From Parvibaculaceae bacterium (GTDB lineage: Bacteria > Pseudomonadota > Alphaproteobacteria > RS24), in contig OZ251536.1 of assembly GCA_965243245.1 (NCBI GenBank), positions 161,638-225,637 on the forward strand: a stretch of 64,000 nucleotides of DNA, written 5' to 3'. Below, piece after piece: positions 32,035-40,612 of this stretch. The notes under the pieces are model-generated. The model saw only the letters and a program-made list of their open reading frames with translations, did no database searches and was not told where the DNA came from. How positions within the stretch are numbered: the stretch's first letter is position 1; each line of letters starts with the position of its first letter. A program made the position numbers and the translations under genes.

Positions 32035-32151
32035 TTTTTTGAATTTTTTTTAAGAAAAAGTTGCCTTTTTCATCATTTTTTGGCAGGTTCTGCAAATTAG
32101 TGAAAGGGATAGTTTTCGTCTATCTTTAAACATCATAAAAGGAATAAATAA

Positions 32152-34263
32152 ATGAGCACAGTTATGATGCTTATCATCGGTGCTGGCGTCCTTGCCATTA
32201 TATATGGTCTTTGGGCAATCCAGAGTATTCTGGCGGCTAGTGCTGGGAATGAGAAAATGCAGGAAATTGCTTCTGCCATTCAATCTGGCGCAAGTGCCTT
32301 TCTTAACCGCCAATATCGAGCCATTGGGTTCGTTGGTATTATTATTGCCATTATTGTGGCTTATCTGCTGGGCGTGAAAGTTTCAGTCGGGTTTATTATC
32401 GGCGCCACTCTTTCAGGGGCCGCAGGATATGTTGGCATGTTGGTTTCAGTGCGCGCGAATGTGCGTACAGCACAAGCAGCCAGCGTGAGCCTCGCCAGCG
32501 GTTTGTCTATTGCCTTTCGCTCAGGTACCGTAACAGGCATGCTGGTGGCTGGATTAGCCCTGCTTTCTGTGACCGTTTATTTTTATATTCTTACAGGTCC
32601 CCTTGGGCTGGAGGCTTCATCGCGTGAAGTTATTGACTCGCTTGTAGCACTTGGCTTTGGGGCTTCTTTGATTTCTATCTTTGCGCGTCTGGGCGGCGGT
32701 ATCTTCACCAAGGGAGCTGATGTTGGGGGCGACCTTGTCGGGAAAATTGAGGCGGGCATTCCAGAAGATGACCCGCGTAACCCGGCCACAATCGCTGACA
32801 ATGTCGGCGATAATGTCGGCGATTGCGCAGGCATGGCGGCAGATTTATTCGAAACCTATGCCGTAACAATTGTGGCAACAATGGTTTTGGCGGCGATTTT
32901 TTTCCAAAGCAGTCTTGAGCTTATGATTTACCCACTGGCAATTGGGGCGACTTGTATCGTGACATCAATTATTGGAACTTTCTTTGTTCGTCTTGGGTCT
33001 AATAACTCCATCATGGGCGCGCTTTATAAAGGTTTCATCGCGGCGGCTATTTTCTCGCTGATAGCTCTGTATTTCGTGACAGACCATCTAATCGGCTTGG
33101 ATGTCGTGCGAACAGTCGGTGAAGATTTATCCTTTACAGGTTTGGACTTGTATATTTGCGGTGTTCTGGGATTGGTGATAACAGGATTAATCATTTGGGT
33201 GACCGAATATTATACAGGGGTGGATTATCGTCCCGTTAAATCAATCGCGGCGGCGTCAGAAACAGGCCATGGAACCAATGTTATCCAAGGTCTGGCGGTT
33301 TCTATGGAAGCCACAGCACTGCCAGCTATCGTTATTGTTGCTGGTATTTTAGCTACTTATAATCTGGCGGGTTTGTTCGGCATTGCCATAGCTGTTTCAA
33401 CGATGTTGGCTTTGGCGGGGATGGTTGTGGCTCTTGATGCCTTTGGCCCCGTAACAGATAATGCTGGTGGTATCGCAGAAATGGCTGAATTGCCAGAAGA
33501 CGTGCGTAACACAACGGATGCTCTTGATGCTGTTGGTAACACGACTAAAGCTGTTACTAAGGGCTATGCTATCGGCTCGGCGGGGCTTGGGGCTTTGGTT
33601 TTATTTGCCGCTTATACAGAAGATTTAAAATACTTCTCTTCTAACTCTGACACATATAGTTATTTTGCGGGCGTTAATGTTGATTTTTCATTGTCTAACC
33701 CCTATGTGGTGGCAGGGCTATTTGTTGGTGGTTTGCTACCCTATTTATTCGGTGCTATGGGCATGATGGCGGTTGGCCGTGCGGGGGGTGCGATTGTTGA
33801 AGAAGTACGCCGCCAGTTCAAAGAAAAGCCCGGCATCATGAAAGGCACTGAGAAACCTGATTATGAGGCCGCTGTCGACCTTTTAACGCGGGCGGCTATT
33901 AAGGAAATGATTATTCCTTCAATGTTGCCGGTTTTGTCTCCGATTGTATTTTATTTTATCATTGAGGCGATAGCTGACCGCTCGGCGGCTTTTTCTGCTT
34001 TGGGAGCGATGCTATTGGGAGTCATTGTGACGGGTCTGTTTGTGGCGCTTTCTATGACGGCTGGTGGCGGAGCTTGGGATAATGCCAAGAAATATATTGA
34101 AGATGGTCATCATGGCGGCAAGGGCTCGCAGGCTCATCAAGCGGCCATAACGGGTGACACTGTTGGCGACCCTTATAAGGACACAGCCGGGCCTGCTATT
34201 AATCCAATGATTAAAATCACGAATATTGTGGCTTTGTTGTTCTTGGCGATTTTATCGCACTAA
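32152..34263 (+). CDS. hppA: Membrane-bound proton/cation-translocating pyrophosphatase
   Basis: [27 protein letters not shown] and [18 protein letters not shown] signatures. 703 aa, polytopic. Confidence 0.93.
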   Translation: MSTVMMLIIGAGVLAIIYGLWAIQSILAASAGNEKMQEIASAIQSGASAFLNRQYRAIGFVGIIIAIIVAYLLGVKVSVGFIIGATLSGAAGYVGMLVSVRANVRTAQAASVSLASGLSIAFRSGTVTGMLVAGLALLSVTVYFYILTGPLGLEASSREVIDSLVALGFGASLISIFARLGGGIFTKGADVGGDLVGKIEAGIPEDDPRNPATIADNVGDNVGDCAGMAADLFETYAVTIVATMVLAAIFFQSSLELMIYPLAIGATCIVTSIIGTFFVRLGSNNSIMGALYKGFIAAAIFSLIALYFVTDHLIGLDVVRTVGEDLSFTGLDLYICGVLGLVITGLIIWVTEYYTGVDYRPVKSIAAASETGHGTNVIQGLAVSMEATALPAIVIVAGILATYNLAGLFGIAIAVSTMLALAGMVVALDAFGPVTDNAGGIAEMAELPEDVRNTTDALDAVGNTTKAVTKGYAIGSAGLGALVLFAAYTEDLKYFSSNSDTYSYFAGVNVDFSLSNPYVVAGLFVGGLLPYLFGAMGMMAVGRAGGAIVEEVRRQFKEKPGIMKGTEKPDYEAAVDLLTRAAIKEMIIPSMLPVLSPIVFYFIIEAIADRSAAFSALGAMLLGVIVTGLFVALSMTAGGGAWDNAKKYIEDGHHGGKGSQAHQAAITGDTVGDPYKDTAGPAINPMIKITNIVALLFLAILSH

Positions 34264-34281
34264 ATAATAAGCTTATTGGAT

Positions 34282-34306
34282 AAAACTAATTCCCGCCCCC
34301 CGGCAC
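34282..34306. repeat. Left copy of a 25-bp direct repeat: aaaactaatt[c]ccgccccccggcac
   Basis: Matches 35260-35284 at 24 of 25 positions. On the reverse strand it reads ...VPGGGN-stop, a duplicate of the bamE 3' end. Confidence 0.85.
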
Positions 34307-34438
34307 CCTGTATGCCTCAGATTTATTGGCAACTGCAATCGGTTTTGGTACTCCCTATAAAAATAGACTTACCCTATTTGATCCTTTGTGACATACTGTG
34401 TCCAGAACCATGTTTGATTTTTGGAAGGGAATAAAACA

Positions 34439-34699
34439 ATGAATACGGTTGTCCAAATAAATGATTTAAATCTGGATGAGTTAAATAAAATCAAGAAGGC
34501 TATCGACAAAAATATTTCAATTATCGCGGAGATGGTGAAACATGCGAACCACTTAGCTGATATTATCTCTAATGCAGAAGTTGGGAGTGACACCCAGAGT
34601 GAACTTAGAAAACTTCAAGATGAGACATTGAAATCACTTGAAAATTTAGTTGATACAACGGATAAATTATTTGTTGCTTACGTTAGATTGTTTGGGTAA
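34439..34699 (+). CDS. Hypothetical small soluble protein (86 aa, helical / coiled-coil-like)
   Basis: ATG preceded by ggaaggga. Sequence MNTVVQINDLNLDELNKIKKAIDKNISIIAEMVKHANHL... matches no family I recognise. Confidence 0.45.
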   Translation: MNTVVQINDLNLDELNKIKKAIDKNISIIAEMVKHANHLADIISNAEVGSDTQSELRKLQDETLKSLENLVDTTDKLFVAYVRLFG

Positions 34700-34724
34700 T
34701 AAAGACACATAGATAGAAAGATTA

Positions 34725-35066
34725 ATGGTGGAAAAACAGGCAAACGAAAATCAAGAACCTGAAAAATCTGATTCTAATTTAATAACGAAAAGAATAGAAG
34801 AAAAATCTACTAGTCTAACGAAAGAAGAACCTCCAACTTATTTCGATGCAGAGAAGGCTGGGTTTGAAATGTCTGGCGAGAGGCTTAAAATTGCCAAACT
34901 CGTTCTTTATGGTCTTTTCTTTTTAGCGTTAGTGTGCATGGGGCTTCTCGCGTGTTTAGATCTTGACAATAAAAGGGAAATCTTATTTTCGACGATTATT
35001 GCAATATTCAGTACGGCAACATTAGTGATTGGGTTTGTCGCAGGCTCAAGCATAGATAGAAAGTGA
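34725..35066 (+). CDS. Hypothetical small membrane protein (113 aa): charged N-terminal half and two predicted TM helices
   Basis: LKIAKLVLYGLFFLALVCMGLLACL and ILFSTIIAIFSTATLVIGFVAGS are hydrophobic stretches. No family recognised. Confidence 0.45.
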   Translation: MVEKQANENQEPEKSDSNLITKRIEEKSTSLTKEEPPTYFDAEKAGFEMSGERLKIAKLVLYGLFFLALVCMGLLACLDLDNKREILFSTIIAIFSTATLVIGFVAGSSIDRK

Positions 35067-35259
35067 ATATTTGGAAGGAAGATATAATAGATAATAAACT
35101 AAGGGGCAGATCACTCAACGGTTACCAAAGCCGTTCAACATGCTGGCTAATGAATTAGCGCAGGGTAGTTCGAGATATCACCCAAACCGCAAGCCGTGCC
35201 TCCACAAACGCAGAGGAAAAAGTGAACGCCAAAAATGGTTAAACATATATATAACCTTA

Positions 35260-35284
35260 AAAACTAATTGCCGCCCCCCGGCAC
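35260..35284. repeat. Right copy of the 25-bp direct repeat, overlapping the real bamE stop codon
   Basis: aaaactaatt[g]ccgccccccggcac. On the reverse strand it encodes the last six codons of the 35264-35740 gene (VPGGGN-stop). Confidence 0.85.
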
Positions 35285-35740
35285 ATTACTCGGACCGGCT
35301 GAATTGAAACGCCCCAAATTGCCAAATAATTGACCAAGAACCGTCAACTCCTTACCACGTGTCACGGTCTTGCGCTTAACATAATCAACAATATTGCCAT
35401 CTTCTAAACCATAATGCGCAATATTTGTGACGGTATTTTTTTCATCAAAATAAATAGCAACAATTTTGCGGGTTTTTTCTACAGGTGCTCTGTAAAGATA
35501 AGCCTCGACTTGGCTTGAAATATAATAAAATATCGAGGCATCAATTGTCGCAATCGTGGAAGGGGAACCCATAATAATACGGACATTCTCTTTGTTTGTT
35601 TTACCCATTTCGACTTGGTTTAACTTTTCTTGAACGAGGATATATCCGCGATTATGAATGACCGGTGAACAGGCGATGAGTGCCGACACACTAAGGCTTG
35701 CGAGTAAAATGCCAAATTTATTTTTTTTGAATTGGTACAT
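35264..35740 (-). CDS. bamE: Outer membrane protein assembly factor BamE (SmpA/OmlA family lipoprotein)
   Basis: Lipobox LIAC, then RGYIL...L..V..G.T.E.V....GSPS, typical of BamE/OmlA. Confidence 0.75.
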   Translation of the reverse strand: MYQFKKNKFGILLASLSVSALIACSPVIHNRGYILVQEKLNQVEMGKTNKENVRIIMGSPSTIATIDASIFYYISSQVEAYLYRAPVEKTRKIVAIYFDEKNTVTNIAHYGLEDGNIVDYVKRKTVTRGKELTVLGQLFGNLGRFNSAGPSNVPGGGN

Positions 35741-35875
35741 GAGGTTTTATCTCTAGGTTTTGTATGGTTTTTAAATATCGTATAGAGTAACGCAATTGGT
35801 TATATTGATATAGGTTTCTTGACCATGAATGCAAGTGAAGAGACCTTTGGCAGATGATTTTTTAACGGATGTAAT

Positions 35876-36433
35876 GTGAAGCTATTATACTTAGTTTTGG
35901 GTTTGTTTAAGACAAATCGCAACAGGCTCTATGAAAAGTATTTGTCGGTTTATACAGCGATTGTGAAACAGGCACGCACGACCAGCCTCTATGGTGATGG
36001 GATGGCACCAGATAGCTTTGACGGGCGGTTTGATATGCTGGTACTGCATGTGTATCTGATGTTGAAGCGTTTGAAAAAAGACGGACCGGCACGCGGCGGT
36101 GCCGGTCAGGTTATTTTTGATCTATTTTTCCAAGATATGGACCAAGTTCTGCGTGAGATGGGGGTTGGTGATCTTGGCGTGGGCAAAAAAGTTAAAAAAA
36201 TGGCAGAAGCCTTTTATGGCAGAGTTCATGCTTATGATACGGCTTTTGAACAAAATGATGAGGCGGTCTTATTGGCGACGCTTGCGCGCAATTTTTATCC
36301 CTCATCCCCAGAGTGCTTAAAGTTGGATATGGCGTCTTATGCGCATGCGCTAGATGCTTATTTGGATGGTGTTGAGAGTGAAAAAATTTTGACGCGTGAT
36401 GTGTTTAACGGATTTATGTGGGGGCTATCATGA
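35876..36433 (+). CDS. Ubiquinol-cytochrome c chaperone (Cbp3-like) family protein
   Basis: LY..IV.QAR...LY...MAPDSFDGRFDMLVLHVYLMLKRL. It sits in the conserved alphaproteobacterial position between bamE and yceD/plsX. Start uncertain (GTG). Confidence 0.75.
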   Translation: MKLLYLVLGLFKTNRNRLYEKYLSVYTAIVKQARTTSLYGDGMAPDSFDGRFDMLVLHVYLMLKRLKKDGPARGGAGQVIFDLFFQDMDQVLREMGVGDLGVGKKVKKMAEAFYGRVHAYDTAFEQNDEAVLLATLARNFYPSSPECLKLDMASYAHALDAYLDGVESEKILTRDVFNGFMWGLS

Positions 36434-36618
36434 GGGTGCTTGAATTTAGCCGTAGTAGGATTGATTTAAAAAAAATACCACAAAAGGGACTGCTAATGCA
36501 TGAAATTGCAACGGATGAAGAGCTTGAAGCATTGGTGGTATGATTTAAAATTAACGCTGTTGTGAGCCTTGAGTTTGCGGCTGATATTATATCTTGGAAG
36601 AAACAAGCGATAGCTTGA
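36430..36618 (+). pseudogene. Decayed yceD/DUF177 gene (in-frame TGA plus loss of the C-terminal two thirds)
   Basis: My translation is MRVLEFSRSRIDLKKIPQKGLLMHEIATDEELEALVV-stop(36541)-FKINAVVSLEFAADIISWKKQAIA-stop(36616). It resembles the N-terminal third of alphaproteobacterial DUF177 proteins. No further coding sequence follows before plsX. Confidence 0.55.
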
Positions 36619-36757
36619 AAACCCCTTTATGGTTTTGAAAAAATTATACCCCAAGTAATTATGTTCTGATATTTATTGAATTTTTTTAATTATTTGGGCT
36701 TATAATTTTTTTAGAATGTATCTATAGTGACCACGCAGTAGGTGAAAGAGCTTTATT

Positions 36758-37807
36758 TTGGTTAAACATGTCACAATAGCGATTGATGGAATGGGCGGCG
36801 ATCTAGGACCGGAAACGGTTCTTAAAGGGGTTGAACTTGCTCTGTCTCATAGACCCGATGCCAGCTTTATCATTTTTGGTGATGAAGATACACTCACGCC
36901 AATTGTGGATGGCTTGCCTCAACTTTCATTGGTGAGTGAGATTAGACACACAGAAGTATCCATCGCTATGGATGCCAAACCCGTTCAGGCTTTGCGCCAA
37001 GGGCGCAAGACCAGTAGCCTCTGGCAGGCGATTGCGACTGTCAAAACGGGCGAAGCGGGAGCGATTGTGTCGGCTGGAAATACCGGGGCACTCATGGCTA
37101 TGAGTAAGGTGATATTGAAAACTTTGCCGGGTATTCATCGCCCTGCTATCGCGGCGTTATGGCCGACCCTGCGCGGGGAATCTATTGTGTTGGATGTCGG
37201 CGCAACAGTTGCTGGTAAGGCAGAACAATATATGCAATTTGCCGTGATGGGTGACGCTTATGCACGGATTATTTTCGGCTTAGAAAGTCCACATATTTGT
37301 CTCCTAAATATCGGCGAGGAAGATGTCAAGGGAACGGATGAAGTTAAGTTAGCGGCTGAATTGCTGAGTAAATCATCGCTTAATTTCAAGGGCTTTATTG
37401 AAGGCAGCGGCATTGGTCAGGGCGAGGCTGATGTGATTGTCACAGATGGCTTTACGGGCAATGTCGCTCTGAAAACCGCCGAAGGCACCGCGACACAAGT
37501 TGCTGGTTATTTAAAACAGGCGATGAATAGCTCGATTTGGGCTAAAATTGGGTTTATGTTTGCACAAAGTGCCTTTCGCGCTTTAAAACAGCGTATGGAT
37601 CCAAATAATATGAATGGCGGTATGTTTCTTGGCTTAAACGGTGTGGTTGTCAAAAGCCATGGCGGTGCCAATGAGATTGGCTTTGCTTCTGCGGTTGAGC
37701 TTGCGATGGAAGTTGCTGGTGCCAAAATGTCCGAACGCATAGGCACCGAGCTTTCTGAGTTTAACAATGCCACAATTTTTGAACAAAAAATGAAAGAGGA
37801 AGCCTAA
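36758..37807 (+). CDS. plsX: Phosphate acyltransferase PlsX
   Basis: IAIDGMGGDLGP...SAGNTGALMA...TDGFTGNVALKT. Confidence 0.92.
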   Translation: MVKHVTIAIDGMGGDLGPETVLKGVELALSHRPDASFIIFGDEDTLTPIVDGLPQLSLVSEIRHTEVSIAMDAKPVQALRQGRKTSSLWQAIATVKTGEAGAIVSAGNTGALMAMSKVILKTLPGIHRPAIAALWPTLRGESIVLDVGATVAGKAEQYMQFAVMGDAYARIIFGLESPHICLLNIGEEDVKGTDEVKLAAELLSKSSLNFKGFIEGSGIGQGEADVIVTDGFTGNVALKTAEGTATQVAGYLKQAMNSSIWAKIGFMFAQSAFRALKQRMDPNNMNGGMFLGLNGVVVKSHGGANEIGFASAVELAMEVAGAKMSERIGTELSEFNNATIFEQKMKEEA

Positions 37808-37823
37808 GGCTCGTAAGTAAATT

Positions 37824-38795
37824 ATGACAATCCGTTCTGTAATAAAAGGGGCGGGTCGCTATCTTCCCCAAAGAATTCTAACCAATACTGAACTTGCTGG
37901 CATGGTTGAGACCTCGGATGAGTGGATATTGACGCGCACGGGCATTGAACAACGCCATATTGCGGGCGAGGGTGAGTATACTTCTGATCTTGCTGTGGCG
38001 GCGGCGCGGCGCGCATTAGATAATGCGGGTATTACAATTGACGCCGTTGACCAGATTATTGTGGCGACGACAACCCCTGATCGAACATTTCCATCTACGG
38101 CAAGTTATGTGCAAAAAAAACTCAAAGCAACAGGTGCCGCCTTTGATGTACAGGCTGTCTGTGCAGGCTTTATTTACGGATTGAGTGTTGCGGACAGCAT
38201 GATTTGCAAAGGAATGTCAAAAACCACCCTTTTAATTGGTGCAGAAACCATGTCCCGCATTATTGACTGGTCTGACCGCGATACATGTGTGCTATTTGGT
38301 GATGGCGCAGGGGCTGTTGTGTTACAGGCACAAATGGGTACGGGGGAGCTTTTAGACCAAGGGGTGCTGGCAAGTTATTTGCGTACAGACGGTAGGCAGA
38401 CGGAGAGTCTTTATGTTTCTGGTGGTGCTTCTTATAATCAGCAAGTGGGGTATATTAATATGAATGGGCGGGAAGTTTTCCGCCATGCTGTTAATAATAT
38501 TTCTGATGCGATTTTGCATCTTCTTGAGCAAACGGGTCTCAGCGTTGATGCGATAGACTGGTTTGTGCCGCACCAAGCCAATAAAAGAATTATTGTTTCA
38601 GTTGGTTCGAAAATTGGTCTTGATGAAAATAAAATTATTATTACGGTCAATCACCATGCGAATACTTCGGCGGCGTCTGTTCCTCTGGCATTTTGCCAAG
38701 CGATAGAAGATGGGCGTATAAAACAGGGAGATCTGGTTATGTTTGAGGCGATGGGAGCAGGGTTTAGCTGGGGCGGCAATTTGCTAAGACTTTAA
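37824..38795 (+). CDS. fabH: 3-oxoacyl-[ACP] synthase III
   Basis: SDEWILTRTGI, active-site AVCAGF, PHQANKRI, GNTSAAS, GAGFSWGG. Confidence 0.93.
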   Translation: MTIRSVIKGAGRYLPQRILTNTELAGMVETSDEWILTRTGIEQRHIAGEGEYTSDLAVAAARRALDNAGITIDAVDQIIVATTTPDRTFPSTASYVQKKLKATGAAFDVQAVCAGFIYGLSVADSMICKGMSKTTLLIGAETMSRIIDWSDRDTCVLFGDGAGAVVLQAQMGTGELLDQGVLASYLRTDGRQTESLYVSGGASYNQQVGYINMNGREVFRHAVNNISDAILHLLEQTGLSVDAIDWFVPHQANKRIIVSVGSKIGLDENKIIITVNHHANTSAASVPLAFCQAIEDGRIKQGDLVMFEAMGAGFSWGGNLLRL

Positions 38796-38870
38796 TTTTG
38801 GTTAAAAACAAAAAAAGAATATTGTTTTGGTATATAGGCTTATGCTTTACTAGCTGATATTGGAGACAGG

Positions 38871-39185
38871 ATGATGAATAAAACTTTGACGAGAGCAAGC
38901 CTTTGCGAAGTGATTTATAAAGAAATAGGTTTAAGTAGACTTGAGTCATCTGATATTGTTGAGGCTGTTCTGGATGAAATATCAAATGCGCTTGTCGGCG
39001 GGGATGATGTCAAAATATCGTCTTTTGGTACTTTTGCCGTGCGCCATAAAAATGGTCGTGTCGGGCGCAATCCGAAAACGGGTGAAGAAGTCCCGATTAC
39101 GCCGCGTCGTGTCTTAAGTTTCCGTGCGAGCCATGTGCTAAAAGATCGTATCAATACACCTAAAGGGCGTCGTGAGCAAATCTGA
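38871..39185 (+). CDS. ihfA: Integration host factor subunit alpha
   Basis: TLTRASL...[36 protein letters not shown]. Confidence 0.9.
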   Translation: MMNKTLTRASLCEVIYKEIGLSRLESSDIVEAVLDEISNALVGGDDVKISSFGTFAVRHKNGRVGRNPKTGEEVPITPRRVLSFRASHVLKDRINTPKGRREQI

Positions 39186-39570
39186 AGAAGCGTTCAGAAC
39201 AATTAGCGAAGTTTCAACTCTGATGAAGCTTGAGCCGCATGTTTTGCGTTTTTGGGAAACTAAATTCAAACAAATTCAGCCTATCAAGCGCGCTCGTGGA
39301 CGCCGTCTTTATCGGCCTGAGGATGTTGCTATGATTGCTAATATTAAGCGTCTGCTCTATGAGAGGGGGATGACGATTAAGGGGGTTCAGAAAGTTTTGC
39401 GTGAACAGGGGGTGGCGGCTTTTCGTAGCGGGGAGGTTGGCATACCAGTTAGCACCCCAGTTGATAGTGCCTCTTCTGAGTTGGCGGGAAGTGATGCTGT
39501 TTTTCTTAGTAAGTTGCGGGCGCAATTAGTTAAAGCAAAAGCTGTTTTGAGCGGCGTACCTAGTCGGTGA
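39172..39570 (+). CDS. MerR-family transcriptional regulator
   Basis: [25 protein letters not shown] is a MerR helix-turn-helix. It occupies the conserved position after ihfA. GTG start. Confidence 0.8.
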   Translation: MSKSEEAFRTISEVSTLMKLEPHVLRFWETKFKQIQPIKRARGRRLYRPEDVAMIANIKRLLYERGMTIKGVQKVLREQGVAAFRSGEVGIPVSTPVDSASSELAGSDAVFLSKLRAQLVKAKAVLSGVPSR

Positions 39571-39628
39571 TAAGGTATCAGAACTAGAGTTTTATTGATT
39601 TATGAAACGTCCTCACTAAGCATCGAGT

Positions 39629-39705
39629 CGGAGCGTAGCGCAGTCTGGTAGCGCACTTGTCTGGGGGACAAGGGGTCGTGGGTTCAAATCCCGCCGCTCC
39701 GACCA
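39629..39705 (+). tRNA. tRNA-Pro (anticodon GGG)
   Basis: Hand-folded: acceptor CGGAGCG, D arm GCGC-AGTCTGGTA-GCGC, anticodon arm CTTGT-CTGGGGG-ACAAG, T arm with TTCAAAT loop, encoded CCA. Confidence 0.9.
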
Positions 39706-40180
39706 AGGTAGCGTGATATTGCCCATGTTAGAGTGTCAGTTCCAATAACAATGCCAAGTTCTTTAAGACTCTTATCTGTCATTATTAATCCCCTTCATAT
39801 TTTGTTGGTTTAGCCGCCAGACAATGAGATAAAAAATTCACCTTATTCTTTTGACCTTTTTGGACGCAAAATTCAATAAGATGTTGAAATATACAAACAA
39901 ACATAGAAAAGGGTAACACTTATTTGGTTTTAATCAACAGGAAGACTATAAGAATGTAAATTAATATGCTTGGACGCGAGCGGAGAGAATGAGAGCAAAA
40001 CCGATTGCATCTAGCAGTCCAAATATGTAGGCTGGTATATGGAATATGTGCCTCTTAAACTGTTTGGATAGGAAAACTGATGACATCTATTTTACCGATT
40101 GTTATTTTTATCGTTGTTTTTGGCGTTTTGAACTTTGTTCAGTTTGGCAGTGTGGATTAAGTCGTCTTCAGCACTTGATA

Positions 40181-40417
40181 TTAATGCTTGGTCTGAGTGT
40201 CGGGGCGTTGCATCCACCAGATAATGGCACCGGCGGGTATCGCCCATCCCATGCCCGCGACCATATAAAAAACAAATTCAATGAATTTATTTGTTGGCAT
40301 CCATGTGCTCGCCCCAAAAGCGACAATCAACACGCCATAGAAAACCAGCAGACTTATAATCAGGACCATGCCAATAAATTTACGGACTCTGATGGGTAAA
40401 AGGGGGGGACGTTTCAT
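40181..40417 (-). CDS. DUF2842-family small membrane protein
   Basis: MKRPPLLPIRVRKFIGMVLIISLLVFYGVLI...GMGWAIPAGAIIWWM. Divergent from ctaA, as is typical in alphaproteobacteria. Confidence 0.75.
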   Translation of the reverse strand: MKRPPLLPIRVRKFIGMVLIISLLVFYGVLIVAFGASTWMPTNKFIEFVFYMVAGMGWAIPAGAIIWWMQRPDTQTKH

Positions 40418-40472
40418 ATCGCTCTCCTATATGCTATGTGTGCAATCTAGTGCTTTTTAGAGTGTTTTCCCA

Positions 40473-40538
40473 GTCAAAAAATTGTCAAAAAATTGTCAAA
40501 AAATTGTCAAAAAATTGTCAAAAAATTGTTAAAAAATT
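40473..40538. repeat. 11-bp tandem repeat gtcaaaaaatt x6 (helically phased A6 tracts)
   Basis: Units begin at 40473, 40484, 40495, 40506, 40517 and 40528; the last is gttaaaaaatt. The array lies in the divergent DUF2842/ctaA intergenic region. Confidence 0.95.
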
Positions 40539-40612
40539 CTGCTCAACGCGTTTGTATAATGTTGTATAGCTTTGTATAGTAGAGCGCGTTAAATTCTGGC
40601 GAAGATTTAAAA

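Larger units (their letters stand above)
34282..35284. mobile_element. Putative integrated islet or remnant (~1 kb, AT-rich, no recombinase) bounded by the 25-bp direct repeat
   Basis: The direct repeats lie 978 bp apart. The interior is visibly more AT-rich than the flanking hppA and bamE and contains two small orphan ORFs. See findings. Confidence 0.35.

Noticed and set aside
35067-35259. Possible small RNA or 33-aa basic ORF (MLANELAQGSSRYHPNRKPCLHKRRGKSERQKWL) in the right arm of the islet
   Set aside because: I recognise no RNA family, the only structure is a weak hairpin, and the ORF lacks a ribosome-binding site. The evidence is too thin for a feature call.
36541-36543. In-frame TGA in the yceD-like ORF as UGA-to-Trp/Sec recoding
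   Set aside because: TGA clearly terminates other genes here (for example pdxJ at 8478-8480). No SECIS-like context is apparent, and the ORF is also truncated downstream. A pseudogene is the simpler explanation.
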